This document shows positions 1 through 11,833 of a stretch of 33,196 bases of DNA, piece after piece. The translations under genes and the position numbers were made by a program. Location: NCBI RefSeq assembly GCF_001194135.2, contig NC_068982.1:133397631-133430826 (forward strand), given 5' to 3'. A model generated the notes under the pieces. That model did no database searches, was not told where the DNA came from, and worked only from the letters and a program-made list of their open reading frames with translations. The stretch's first letter is position 1; each line of letters begins with the position of its first letter. Origin of the DNA: Octopus bimaculoides. Its lineage: Eukaryota.

Positions 1-308
1 CCCTGTCAAAGGCTTTCTCCATGTCAACGAAAGCCAGGTACAGAGGTTTATCCTTGGCTAGGTATTTCTCTTGCAACTGTCTCACTAGAAATAAGGCATC
101 AGTAGTGCTTTTACCTGGCACGAACCCAAACTGCATCTCATCTAAATTGATTCGCTCCCTAATTAGTTGGGCTATGACCCTCTCTGTAACTTTCATAACC
201 TGATCTAACAGCTTGATGCCTCTGTAATTATTTGTATCTAAAGCGTCCCCTTTACCTTTGTAGCAGTTGACTATGATGCTGCTACACCAGTCATAGGGTA
301 TGACTCCT
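1..308 (-). mobile_element. RTE-clade LINE, reverse transcriptase fragment (5'-truncated at about 308, continues off the left edge)
   Basis: Minus-strand translation is open: GVIPYDWCSSIIVNCYKGKGDALDTNNYRGIKLLDQVMKVTERVIAQLIRERINLDEMQFGFVPGKSTTDALFLVRQLQEKYLAKDKPLYLAFVDMEKAFDR, containing RTE RT motifs (YRGIKLL, MQFGF, STTDA, FVDxEKAFD). Confidence 0.93.
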
Positions 309-331
309 TGCTGCTACACCAGTCATAGGGT
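277..331. repeat. 23-bp direct repeat at the LINE 5' junction
   Basis: tgctgctacaccagtcatagggt at 277-299 and 309-331, with a 9-bp spacer. Confidence 0.9.
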
Positions 332-438
332 CAGACAAGCTTATTTCATAGAAGACCAGAAATGGACAATGCTTGTTTACAACTGACACACAATGTCAAG
401 AGGAGGAGGGGGAACTTTATACACACACACACAATAAA

Positions 439-468
439 CTTCTTTCAGTTTCTATCTACTAAATCCAC
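439..468 (-). mobile_element. Short remnant of the tRNA-SINE family seen at 15461-16187
   Basis: cttctttcagtttctatctactaaatccac matches cttctttcagtttctgtctaccaaatccac near 16040; preceded by (AC)n as in other copies. Confidence 0.5.
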
Positions 469-1194
469 CAGCATGTCTTACACCACAAAAAAGTGGAATT
501 GGTGTAAAATTATTAGATGTGTTGTTAGTTTACAGTACTGGGTTCGGGGCATCCTACTAATCTGGTGAAAACAATAGGAACCCAATGAACTAAATTCTTC
601 CTTAAAATTGTCTAAATACTGAGTTTAACAGAAGTCACTTTTGACTCATTGGCTGACTAATAACTATTATAGTCTATGTCACTACCTAAGTGTCTTGTTT
701 GATTCATGATGACATAAACATTCATAAAATGATTCAAGAGACTTTCTCTACTGAGATGAAGTAAGACTAAAATAATTAACAGAGAGGCAAGTTCAGTATT
801 ACAACAAACACAGGATTCCTCTTCCCAGCATAAATTAGAAGACAGGGGAAATGTAAGAATAACTCTATATTATGTAAGTATTGCAACCAGTACATGCACA
901 AGACAATGTAACTTAATCTGACACAGGTTGGTACTAAATCAGCACTTAACTAGTTTTGAATTTCTTTGAGTGACAAGAAAGGAATTATGAGCAACATCAT
1001 ACTGCTTATAGATTTGATCCTTGACACCCTCAAAGAACATAATGCAGAACCTCATCCTATTTTTAACCCTTGATATATAGCAATGTATGAATGTGCAACA
1101 TTATAAGTTTCATAACTCATTTAATAGTAGTAAAACATCTCAAACACTGAACAAATGAAGAAAATAGCATTCAAGTTATATATGTAGGTATGTA

Positions 1195-1296
1195 TCATCA
1201 TTATTGCTTAACGTCCGTCCTCCATGCTAGCATGGATGGGACAGTACCGACCAGGCCGAAGCCTGCACCAGACTTCTGTGACTGTTTTGGCAGGAT
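1195..1296 (-). mobile_element. Degenerate RTE 3' end
   Basis: (CAT)n tail, aacgtccg, and the CCATGCTAGCATGG palindrome; gtatgtat occurs on both flanks (possible TSD). Confidence 0.7.
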
Positions 1297-1549
1297 TTGT
1301 ATGTATGTATAAATGAATACACACACACACACACATTTTCAGATCCACTATACTCTCTTCCTATACTACCCTATACTGTCTCCTGAAACAGGAGTAGTCA
1401 TGTAGCTCACCTTCAGCAAGAAACTTGTTCTGCTCTGATCCATTTCCCCTCAAACTCAACCCCTTCTCTATGCCTTATTTTCCAGCAGAAAGTTTCCCAC
1501 TCCCCACCTGAGGTTTGTAGTCTTGCAACCTGCATGGCAACTTCCTTAC

Positions 1550-1632
1550 TGCTGGTAGCATAAAAAAAGCACCACGTACACACTGTAAAGTGGCTGGTAT
1601 TAGGAAGGGCACCCAACTGTAGAAAACATACC
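1550..1632 (+). mobile_element. RTE 3'UTR remnant
   Basis: aaaagcacc...acactgtaaagtggctggtattaggaagggcacccaactgtagaaa aligns to the 14400-14470 copy. Confidence 0.65.
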
Positions 1633-2865
1633 AAACAGACGCCTTTTCACCTAGCTGTGAAAAAGTATCGGATGTGCCACTGTGAGGTTGCTGACAATTT
1701 GTCAGTTTGCATTGTTGAGCTTAAAACTTCCTCATACAGATTACAGAGGGATAGATAGGATTTTACTATACTGATCCACCTCAACTGCCCTACATGAAGA
1801 CAAGGCTTTAAGTTGTGCTTTGATGAGCTATTGGTTTCACCACATGAAGTGAGCTGGGAATTACAAATGAAGGCCAAATATCCATTCTTATTTCTTTCAG
1901 CATTTGGTAAATTCTTGCAATCAAATTGTGTTTAATTCCTTTTATTATACTGATTTCACTATTCTTGAATAGGACTTTCTTAATTCTGCTATCAAGCTAA
2001 TTATACATGAGCATACACAGCTAAACTCATCTCATCCTCTTCAAATGACAAGCCTCGTTAACATTTATCACACCATTCTTGACCATATCATGTTCCCTTA
2101 CATTACATTGTATCATCATGAAAAAAGGTGTGACGCATTGGATAATGTGATCCAAGATATACAATTCCAAGAAAAGGATGGAATGGAATACTGACCTGGA
2201 GCTAAACCATAACAATAAACAGCCATCAATTCCAAAGTAGGATTATTAACAATACAATTACCATAGTAGCTTAGTCTCCTCCCAATAATGCCCTACTGTC
2301 ATCCAAAAAGGAAAGACACACTAGATAATATAGCCATAGATACTCTACGTCTAAAAGAAAAAAAGATGGTATAGTAATTGCTAGAACACTGCTGTCTGAC
2401 CTGAGGTTAAGCTGACTTGGGCTAAACAACAACACACAATTCTGGCTTGTAAACTATTTTTCAAATTGTCAAGCATATGTAGTATCCAAGAATACTTAAA
2501 GAAACTGAAAGTTTTTTTAAGTACCATAAGGATTTATTTTTACACTAACTCTTTAATCTGCATCTACTGAAACAATTCCCCATATCACCACAAAATATGT
2601 ACAGCTGAGCCAATGAAAAAGTGTTTATGCAGTCACTCAACCCACCAAAAACAACAACCAAATTCCTCAGAGTACACCTTGACACCTCATCACCACTATC
2701 TTCACTTATTTTCCAGCCAAAGTAGCCATATATCGCCTCTACAAGAAGGCTGTTCCTTCTTCTATTATATTTTAACCTCTCATCATCTAGTATTAGGCCA
2801 CATCCCTCAATACTACACCACTCAGTTGTGAGGCTTTGTCTTGCTAGTCACTCAATCACCTCATT

Positions 2866-2960
2866 AGTGCCAGTGTCACAAAAAAGCATCCAGTACACTC
2901 TGTAAAGTAGTTGGCATTAGGAAGAGCATCCAGCAACAGAAACCATTCCAAAGCAAACGC
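2866..2960 (+). mobile_element. RTE 3'UTR remnant
   Basis: aaaagcatccagtacactctgtaaagtagttggcattaggaagagcatccagc aligns to the family consensus seen within the window. Confidence 0.65.
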
Positions 2961-2974
2961 TGGAGTTTCCATCA

Positions 2975-3072
2975 ATTCATTTACAAGGCATTGCTCAACC
3001 TCAGGCTGTAGCAGATGATATTTGTCCAAGGCATTGCACAATGGAACTCAACCCGAAGTTTCTAACCACACA
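2975..3072 (-). mobile_element. Degenerate tRNA-SINE head fragment
   Basis: cattt-acaaggc...tgtccaagg...ggaactcaacccg...ctaaccacac resembles 16065-16180. Confidence 0.45.
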
Positions 3073-3586
3073 AGAATTTTCAAGATCTGAACTAAAATCA
3101 ACTTGTCAACTCCATTACATAGTTATGCAACAAGTATTATCTACTATTAAGACTGCGAGAAATAATTATTCGGTTAATTAATGAAAAAAAAAAAATTCAC
3201 AGAATTTCACTCTTTTATAAGCAAATTTAACATGAGAAGAATCTATTTCCATTATGAATTGTCATGTGAGAGAACAAAACCTCTCATGCTATTTAGGCAT
3301 TGTTTAATATCATTTGTTAGTAACTGAGATAAGAATGGAAAGTAAATGGAAAACAGAAAAGATACCTAAACAGTAAAATAAAAAGCATCCATAAGAAAAT
3401 TTAAACTATCCTATGCATATCTCTGAAATTGCGTAACTATCATTTCCTTCTCTTCATGAAGAAAAAGTAGTTATACTTCTCATTTAGTAGTTTTTAGATA
3501 AAAGGCCAGATGATCATAGGACTAATTGTATTTCAATAGACAAAGCTCTCTCTCAATCCTCAAGTAGTAAAGCAGCAACAGTTATG

Positions 3587-3805
3587 GTTGTTGTCAAATG
3601 ACCCAATTGTCCCAAGTCAACTTTGATTGAGCAAACAAACCTCTGATCAAAGGCATTCCAGTTGTGACCACCCAGTGTTTTTAGTGGTATTTAGGACATT
3701 ATTTTTTGTGTTCTGTGTTTAAGATGACGGGGGGGGGGGGTAATTTAAGAATTCTTTTTTTTTGTAATTTTGCTACTTTTAGCAGGTTAACAATCCCTGA
3801 GGGCA
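3587..3805. repeat. Unclassified interspersed repeat (related inverted piece at about 2290-2432)
   Basis: Shares gttgttgt...cccaagtca.ctt...acctc.g.tca with the reverse complement of 2395-2432; similarity is weak. Confidence 0.35.
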
Positions 3806-4040
3806 GTAAGTAGCAGGAAAAGTATACCTTTTGAGAAATATATTATAGTAAATGATGCTTTATATTATAGCACAAGACCACAGATTTGTGAGAAGAGTTA
3901 TAGTCATTTACATCAATCCAAGACATGCTTAATACTGTTATACATACCACAAGTCCAAGAAACTATTGAATACACAAACACAAGAGGAACAAAGATCTGA
4001 CTTTATAGAGTACTTTAAAAGGTTTAGTAAAACAAACAGG

Positions 4041-4272
4041 AGAAGCACCATCCGAACATGGTCGATGCCAGTGCCGCCTGTCTGGCTCCCATGCTGGTGG
4101 TATGTAAAATGCACCCACTACACTCTCAGAGTGGTTAGCGTTATGAAGGGCATCCAGCTGTAGAAACCTTGCCAGATCAGATTGGAGCCTGGCGCAGCCT
4201 ACAAACTTGCCAGTCCCCAGTCAAACCGTCCAACTTATGCCAGCATGGAAAGCAGACATTAAACGATGATGA
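4041..4272 (+). mobile_element. RTE 3' end with one 3'UTR minisatellite unit
   Basis: cacccactacactctcagagtggttagcgttatgaagggcatccagctgtagaaac...gccagcatggaaagcagacattaaac followed by (GAT)n. Confidence 0.85.
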
Positions 4273-5118
4273 TTGTAATCAGCAGACAGTTACAAAAGTG
4301 ACTCAAGTGGAGTTTCATGAGCGATAGTCATGGCACTGTAAGTGCCTTACACGAAATTCTCGGGTCCTAATTCATTTTTGTAACTTTCTACCAATTAAAA
4401 AAAAAAAAAAAGATTACAGTAATATTAATCTTCCAAAAAGCAATGGTGTATGGCCGAGACAAGAAAATGCCAAACTGGATGCTTTACTTAAACTTGGCCT
4501 TGTATCTTTGTTTTCAATTCAATTAGCTAAGCTCATCCCTCCAACACAAAACTGACCTTGTACCATAACAAAATAACTCGATAATCCAATTAAAATACGT
4601 CTAATTGCTTACATATTAATTTCTAAATCATAAGCAAAGGATTAAGCTTCCCAGTGAGCTGAATCAGTGACTCATTTGTAAACATTTCATTTTGTTTAAG
4701 CCGACTATTTCTTGTAAAAGCTATAATCAACCATTTCCCTTAGACTGTAATTCCGAAAGCTTAGCTGCAATTATATATTTTAAAAAATCTGAAATTGCAA
4801 AACCTTGCAATTTCATGCTCAATTTTAAGTTTAAACACTTCCTAAGCTGAAACTTCGAAGTTACTGTCAGTTTTTATCTTGTACAAAATTAATAATGTAC
4901 TCTATTAAAAAGTATTGAGTGACTCTTCAATTTAATGTCAAATTGTTTTTGTAACTTCACATAAAACAAGCATTACATATGTGCGTGTGTGCGTGCGTAT
5001 TAGTATAGAGTAGCCTGGGTGAAGCATTGTGATATTAAATTAGATAAGAACCTGTTGAGACCGAAACAATGCAAAATGAATTACAAAAGAAAATGCTAAG
5101 TAAAATTTCAATTAACGT

Positions 5119-5493
5119 TCTGCTTTCACTGGCCATACTGGGGCACCGCATTGAAGAATTTTTGAATCGAATGAATCGACCCCAGGACTTATTTTTCTTC
5201 AAGCCTACTACCTATTCTATCAATGTCTTTTAGCCGAACCGCTATCACGGGGACGTAAACAAAGCAACACGGGTTGTCAGACGGTGGTGAGGGTCAGACA
5301 AAAATACACACACACAGAGACATATATATATACACACACGATGGGCTTCTTTCAGTTTCCGTCGGCCAAATTCACTCAAGTATTTGGTCAGCTTGAGGCT
5401 ACAATAGAAGACACTTGCACAGGGTGCCACGCAGTGGGGCTGAACCCGGAAGTATGTGGCTGGGAAGCAAACTTCTTACTATACAGACACGCC
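5119..5493 (-). mobile_element. Near full-length tRNA-derived SINE with internal (AC/AT)n microsatellite
   Basis: Head at the right end (minus-strand B box GGTTCAGCCCC), internal microsatellite 5305-5340, and a tail half matching 15461-15670. Confidence 0.85.
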
Positions 5494-5540
5494 TATATAG
5501 AGAGATAGATACATACTATCAAAGATAGATGTAGATATAT

Positions 5541-5601
5541 AATAAACGGCAACACACGAAACTCGGCCCTTGAGTCACTCTAACTTTCTTTGCCGTTTAT
5601 T
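5541..5601. repeat. 12-bp perfect inverted repeat
   Basis: aataaacggcaa (5541-5552) and ttgccgtttatt (5590-5601). Confidence 0.8.
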
Positions 5602-8321
5602 GATTACACACACACAACAGTCATGACTTCAGAGAGGTAACCTACTGATTGTTTTCACGTAGCTCTTAAAAATACGAAATGTTCTAGAGATACATTTTAG
5701 GTGGTGTAGATGATTATAATTATGTGGAGGGGACATGAAAAAATATAATAACAAACAAGGAAGGAGGAGATCTTCCCCTCCTCCTCCTCGCCGGTTGTAA
5801 TTTCTTTTCTGAATCCATGCTATAGACTTTGCAGACGAAAAACAAAAATTGGAAGAGAAGAAATGGCAAAAACAAAGAGAGATAATTAGATGAAAGGATA
5901 AGTTATTGCGTAAGATAAGTTTGTTAGTGGAGAAAATTTTGGAGAATGATGATGATGCCACTCAGCCTAATTTAAATCATGTTGGGGTACTTTTTACGAA
6001 TGAAATATTACCTGAAAGGTAATCTAAGACAATAAGGAATTAGAAATATAAGAGCTGTGTATTTCTTAATTAAATTACATAGCAAGAATAAAAGTGAAAG
6101 GTAACTTATGGTTCTAAGGGTTTATCTAACGAATTTCAGAACCAAAATTTAGTTTATATAATATTGATTTTGAAAATTACCTCTCTAATATTCTACAATA
6201 ATGGATCTAAAAATTAAATAAAACCAAAACATATAAATACAAACAAAAATAAAACGGCTCTTTTTAAACCTATGTAATGTTTCGTGTTATTTTTTTAAGA
6301 AAATCTTGTGACAACTCATAATCGGATTTGGTACGTCCCACTAAATTTGTTTGAGTCAGGTTAAATTAGTGGACTTGATTTTTTAAAAGTAAGTTAATTA
6401 TTTGTTAATAACATCAGTAATTATCTTCAAATTTGAATAATTTATAGCATATAAACAAATTCTAAATAAATATTGGTTCTAATAGTATTACAAGCATCAT
6501 CTTACAAGCTCAGGCACTTACAAGAACACACACGCAAATTGAATAACACACTTTCTTTTTTAAATATATCAAAATAACGTTTGAAAATATGTGATATATA
6601 TGTAGTGGATTAAATAAAAGCAAATAATATATTTAAGTAAATATCGAGAAAACGATTAGAGCAGGTAAGAAGAAATATTAATAAGAAGTCATTCTGTATC
6701 GCATACATAGTAGTCGACAAAGGCGAATTTACAGGAAGAATATGAATGATTTTGCTTTTACAAACAGATATATGAAATACATTTTACTCGGCGAAGACAA
6801 TTTTACTGATAGAATAATAATTATTATGATTATTGAGGGTAAAAAGGAAAGAAAAAAGCGATATACAAGTACCTAGAAAAGATGTAATGGGAAAGCTCTC
6901 AGTGACAAACAGCAGATGAGTCAATGTCGGGATGTGGCAAGGTCTCTTACAACGTTCACAAATATTTAGGCCCCCACACTACCTTCATAAATAGCTTGTT
7001 ACTTATAATTAAAGTAACATTTTTCACGCCGTTGTTAACTAAGTTAGCTAGTTAAGCGTGCTATCGGCAATTTAATTTTTTTAGCTTATAAATATCTACC
7101 GAAATTTTTTTAATTGATAAATAAAAATTAGAACAGCAGTTTTCGTAAATGTCTAACACAGCAAGATTTGGCATTTACCATGGCCTTTCCGTTAACCCAT
7201 ACTTGAAAAAAAAAAATGCTTAATAATCTATTTATATCTTATTAGCGGTGTTATATATTTTTTCCTTTGGGAACTATACATATTGAAGGAATTCGGGATG
7301 TTTAACTGGAACATTTATCATTTTACCAATTCTTGTTCATTGATTCAATTTCATTGATTTGTCAACAAAAGAAAATATTTGTGAAGCACTGAAGCTTAAA
7401 TGATTTAACAAAGAATGATAAAATACTTCGCATGTGAATACGTATCAGAGGAAAAATAACATTTTTTGAAGCCTTATTTCGGGCAAAATTCTCAGCGAAC
7501 GAATTCCACAATCTGGTTTCGTTTCTTAGTTGTCAAAAGTTCACTCAACTAAAGCTTGCTTGCAATTACCACCGAGAAAACAAATGCCTTAACTTTCTCC
7601 TTTTCCTCTTCTCAAACCTGAGTTGTGGTATATAAGGAACCATTATTGATGCCATATGCGTTCACTGTATGAAGTTGAGCTTAGCAATAAAAACAGTACA
7701 TATTTATTCAGTGAAAGCTATAAACATATATATATATATAAAAGAGGAAATATATCTAAAAAGAATGGAAGCTACCCTGTTAGTTTGCGATTAGTCAATG
7801 AAAACCATCTCCAAAAATTCAACCCAAAATAAAGTAATTTATATTTCATAATTCGTTGTAATTTTTTCATTCTTATCCTCTTGCTTTGTAAAAGTGTGCC
7901 AAGAGATTATGGACAAATTTCTGAAAGAATCAATGAAGATTAAATGACTGTTCTTATGTAGTGGCCTACTAAAATACAATACTATTATTTATGCAGAAGG
8001 TTGCCAATAATGAACCAATTTCGTTCAAGGAATAAATGATACACCAGCATCACTTGAGCATTTGTTGAATTTAGGTCAAAGCAGCTATGATTAAAAAATA
8101 CATTTTTTCCTTTCTTAAAGTTATAGGTACATGCCTTTCCTTGAAATACTATATATGAAATAATTCAAGCTGTTTTAGTATCAACTTCACTAGTTATTTT
8201 TTTTTAAACATTTCATTTTATTTCAATCTCTGGATAAAATAATGAACATCTTATATAACAATAGGCAAGACTGTAAGGTTCTCAATGTGAATTCATGCAT
8301 TGAAATAAACTTTGTTATATC

Positions 8322-8678
8322 TCAGAAGGGTCATTATGCCATTAATAAACACACACACTGGTTTTATTTCACTTATAATTCATTAACATTCAACCAATTA
8401 ACTAATTGATTGTTTGATTAATCATTCAGTCAATCAATCAGCCAGGTTTGTCAAAGTCCTTTCGTTGCCATTCATGGCTTCATCAATGACATGACTTCTG
8501 TTCCAGGTCTGCTTCAGACAAACTGACCTAACAAGAGGACTTTGACAAATGTAACTGATTGATTGGCCATATGATTAATCAATCAATCAATTAGTTAAAT
8601 GTTAACTAACTGATGAATGATAACAAAAGAAGTGAAACAGAACTACTGCATTTTATTATTGACGTAATGACCCTCCTG
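8322..8678. mobile_element. MITE-like foldback element, about 140-bp imperfect arms
   Basis: gggtcatta...taatgaccc termini; 8399-8425 matches the reverse complement of 8571-8597 at 26/27; tttgtcaaagtcct (8447-8460) pairs perfectly with aggactttgacaaa (8536-8549). Confidence 0.8.
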
Positions 8679-8759
8679 AAATACAACTAAATAAGCAAGT
8701 AGCCTACCAATTTTATATACAACATTTCTATGGAGATTGAATGCAAAAAAAAACCGATG

Positions 8760-9620
8760 GTCAAGTGCTGGACACTCTTGAGAAATGTCAGCAGTTCTTT
8801 TCCAATCATTGTCAGATAACTATCCATAACAAGCAGTGGCAGCACTGTGATATTGGTGTTTTGTGAGATTGCAATGATAAGTAAAGCCATTAGAAATTGC
8901 AGGTAGAACCAAGAGAAGGATGTGGTTTTGGTAGACAGAAATTCTGTGGACGTTTGTGTGAGTATATGTGTGAATTTTCATGTTGCAAATTCAGAGGAAG
9001 ATATCTTGAGTGAGTCCAGAGGAAGTTACTCTGAGGACAAAACATTCAGGTCGATATCCACAGTGGATGCTTCAGAATTGATCAGCAGATGGGACAATGC
9101 ATCTGCAGCAGTGTTTTATGCACCAGAAATATTTTGAATATCATTGGTGAATTACAATATAAAGTCAAGGTGTCAAGTCTTTCTTTGTGAGTACTTTTCT
9201 GGCTTGGACCGCAAAGCAAAGATAAGAGGTTGCAAGTGTTGCTGATGAAATTGCTGTAAAACAGCACTGATTGCAGTGTCAGATGCATCAACCACAAGTG
9301 AAAGTTTTGCATCGGAGACAGGGTGTGCAAGGAAATGCTTTTGGGAGCACATATTTCACAGTGTCAAAAGCTTCATTCTTCTTGCATCAGTTCTTGAGAA
9401 GCTCAGTGAAGGGAGACAGGAGTCCAGTGCAGTGAGGAATGAATCAACAATAGAAGTTAAGTAAGCCAAAGAAGTGGTGTAACTGACAAAGGGAAGTCAG
9501 AGGAGGAATGTCCTCAATAGCTTGCACTTTGTCTGGTAGCGGTCAAATGTCATCTTAGTCAATGGTGTGGCCATGGCGGTGAGTGAGAAAAATGAAATCC
9601 TAATCGAGGCAAGGCATGCA
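8760..9620 (-). mobile_element. Gypsy/Ty3 LTR retrotransposon pol remnant (RT end, RNase H, trace of integrase), heavily degraded
   Basis: Minus strand: PLPDKVQAIEDIPPLTSLCQLHHFFGLLNFY (about 9540), LAHPVSDAKLSLVVDASDTAISAVLQQ...QPLIF...EKYS (about 9330-9190), DFIL*FTNDIQNISGA*NTAADALS (about 9100). Multiple stops and frameshifts. Confidence 0.88.
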
Positions 9621-10419
9621 CATTGGGTAATCATCATGCATGTGGAAGGCAACACCAAGGTTAAGCAGGAAAATGAAAAGTGGGCAAGAATGGTAGCCAT
9701 CTTGAAAGCCAAATGCACCCACGTGGTTGTAAGAGAAAATCAAGCTAGCATGTTCAGAATGTCACTAGTGGTGTATTTGTTTCTTTTGAAAAATATTTCC
9801 CAAAGAAATATTTTGATGTCTGGGTCACCACTTTAGTGAGTGTAGTCACTAATTTATGGTATGAAAGTGTTCGTGGAAAAGTCCAGTAAATAAGCTTTTG
9901 AGAAGCATGTGTAAATGAATATCAGAAGGCAGCTTTTAAACAAATAATTTAATTTATCAAATTATCACAAGAGCTAACAAGTAATAAGAGTGTAGACTCT
10001 GTATGTGTGCATGAGTTAGGGTAAGCTTTATAACTTACATTTGGATGTCATTATAAACTGATAGAAATGGAGTTAGCCTAAACAAAAATATACCACTCAC
10101 AATATGGTAGAGTTGTGGTTGATGTCACCCACAATCTTGCAGAGTGAAATGAGCATAAATGAAATAGGCTGCTCATGGTGTAGCAAGTCAAGAGCTGATA
10201 TAATTCAGAGTTAGCTGTGCAAAGTTGGTGTGAAAAACAAAGAGGCTGTTCCATTTTGAAAGAGGGATGTTACTCATCTGCCATCTATCCATTAACTGGT
10301 TAAAACGCGCACTTCACATCATGGGCAGAGAACTGCCTCTAGTATTCATACACGTCCAGCCCTGATTGGATGGAGGATGCCATAGCACAACAGTGCTATG
10401 ACACAACAACTAAAAAAGC

Positions 10420-11460
10420 TTTCATGACATGCTACAGTTCCTTAAGATAATGGAAAGTTGCATCATAGAATTTATTATGCTCAACAGCAGAAACGTCTCC
10501 ATTGTTTAACAAATGGTTTAGTGTTACTTTTGTTGTTCTACCAAGAAATAAATCTGTTTTTATTTTTGACTATAAAAGTATCATCAAGATCTATCTCTGT
10601 CACTGACAAAATCCTGTGCAGCACACTAGATAGCATAATTTAATTTGCAATATATCTGCCAAGGGCTTCCATAGATGACTTCAGAAGATGTTTACATGGC
10701 TCATCTACTTGTAACAGTAGGTTTGAAGTTGGTGACAGTAGGGATTGCTGCAGTCTGGAAGCAATCTGTTGAAAAACGAGGAATTCAATCTCTGGAATCA
10801 GGCATCTGCAAACTCTTCGCTGAAAACATAGGATCTAAAAATTTCTTTAGAACTTTATCAAGGCAACACTCAAGGGAGAGCCATGTTACAGAGAAATGGT
10901 TTAAAATATTCTGGTACTTTTGGTCACAGAATTTGAAATATTCTGAAAGTTTTCCTCTATGTTTGGAGCTTTTGTCAAAGTAGCAACATACTACTAAGTG
11001 ATTACTAAAAGCTTCATTTGCATGGCTTGCACCTACTTCTGAAAATTTCTTCATTCTTCTGAATAAAACTAGCAGCAACAGAATTTCTTTTACCTCTCAT
11101 GGTACTGGTGCTGTTTATATTTAATAAAATACAATTGTTCCATGGCATGGAGTCTTCTTCAAACATTTTCTTGATTGCCTCAACAATTGCATATACTGTG
11201 CAACAATTATATTCTTTGGTGAAGCACATTGAGAAAAAATGGCTGGTCACAGTTTTCTACCCGTCAGTGGATTCATTTATTCAAATGAGTTTTGCAGAAA
11301 TCTAACACATAATTGTGGCATTGACGGGCATTACCTTTATTCAAAATAGCTGTTACTTTAGTTCTTGAACATCTATGAAAGTGCAATATTACTACCAAGG
11401 AAAATTTCATGAAACAGAGGCTCGAAATAGTCAGCTGTTGCTAAAGTTATGTTGCACCAT
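10420..11460 (-). mobile_element. hAT-superfamily transposase remnant, degraded
   Basis: Minus strand, across frameshifts: VQHN...EIFLGSNIA, CSRTKVTAILNK, INESTDG (the DESTD catalytic region, 11261-11278), PWNNCI...TMRGKRNSV, YFDKSSKHRGKL...VTWLSLECCL, GRTTKVTL...KFY. Confidence 0.82.
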
Positions 11461-11694
11461 GAAGTTTGTAACCAGAACTACAGCCTTGATAAACACTTGA
11501 GATCCAATACTACTACTAAGTATATGTTTAAAATTTTAGTTTACAGCAATTCTTTGAAAAGATGAGTTTTGATTTTATTTTAAGAAATATTGTTAAATGT
11601 TTTTCGATTATTTATTCATTTATTGTTAAAACAAGTATTTTTTTATATATTTAATTGATATTTATTATAAGTTACAATACGTACATTGATTTTA

Positions 11695-11697
<3 letters not shown>

Positions 11698-11765
<68 letters not shown>
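11698..11765. repeat. (TTA)n microsatellite, likely LINE tail
   Basis: Uninterrupted TTA run of about 22 units. Confidence 0.95.
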
Positions 11766-11833
11766 TTATTTTAGACCTGACGAGTCACTATATTTTTGAA
11801 TAGATTTAATTGTAGATCGATTTGATTATTAAT

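Larger units (their letters stand above)
4300..7900. promoter_or_regulatory. CpG-retaining block with five AP-1 motifs (candidate unmethylated promoter/enhancer)
   Basis: Hand count: about 24 CpG in 6601-7501 versus 2 in 19201-20100. TGA(C/G)TCA at 4299, 4668, 5571, 6352, 6917. TATATAAG at 7629-7636. Confidence 0.4.

Noticed and set aside
3786-3805. Plus-strand micro-exon candidate (tttagcag|...|gtaagt)
   Set aside because: It lies at the end of a probable interspersed repeat and has no supporting neighbouring exons; chance is plausible.
10100-10300. Possible Gypsy gag remnant on the minus strand (GD.KP.QL-like)
   Set aside because: It needs frameshifts to read and is too weak to annotate.
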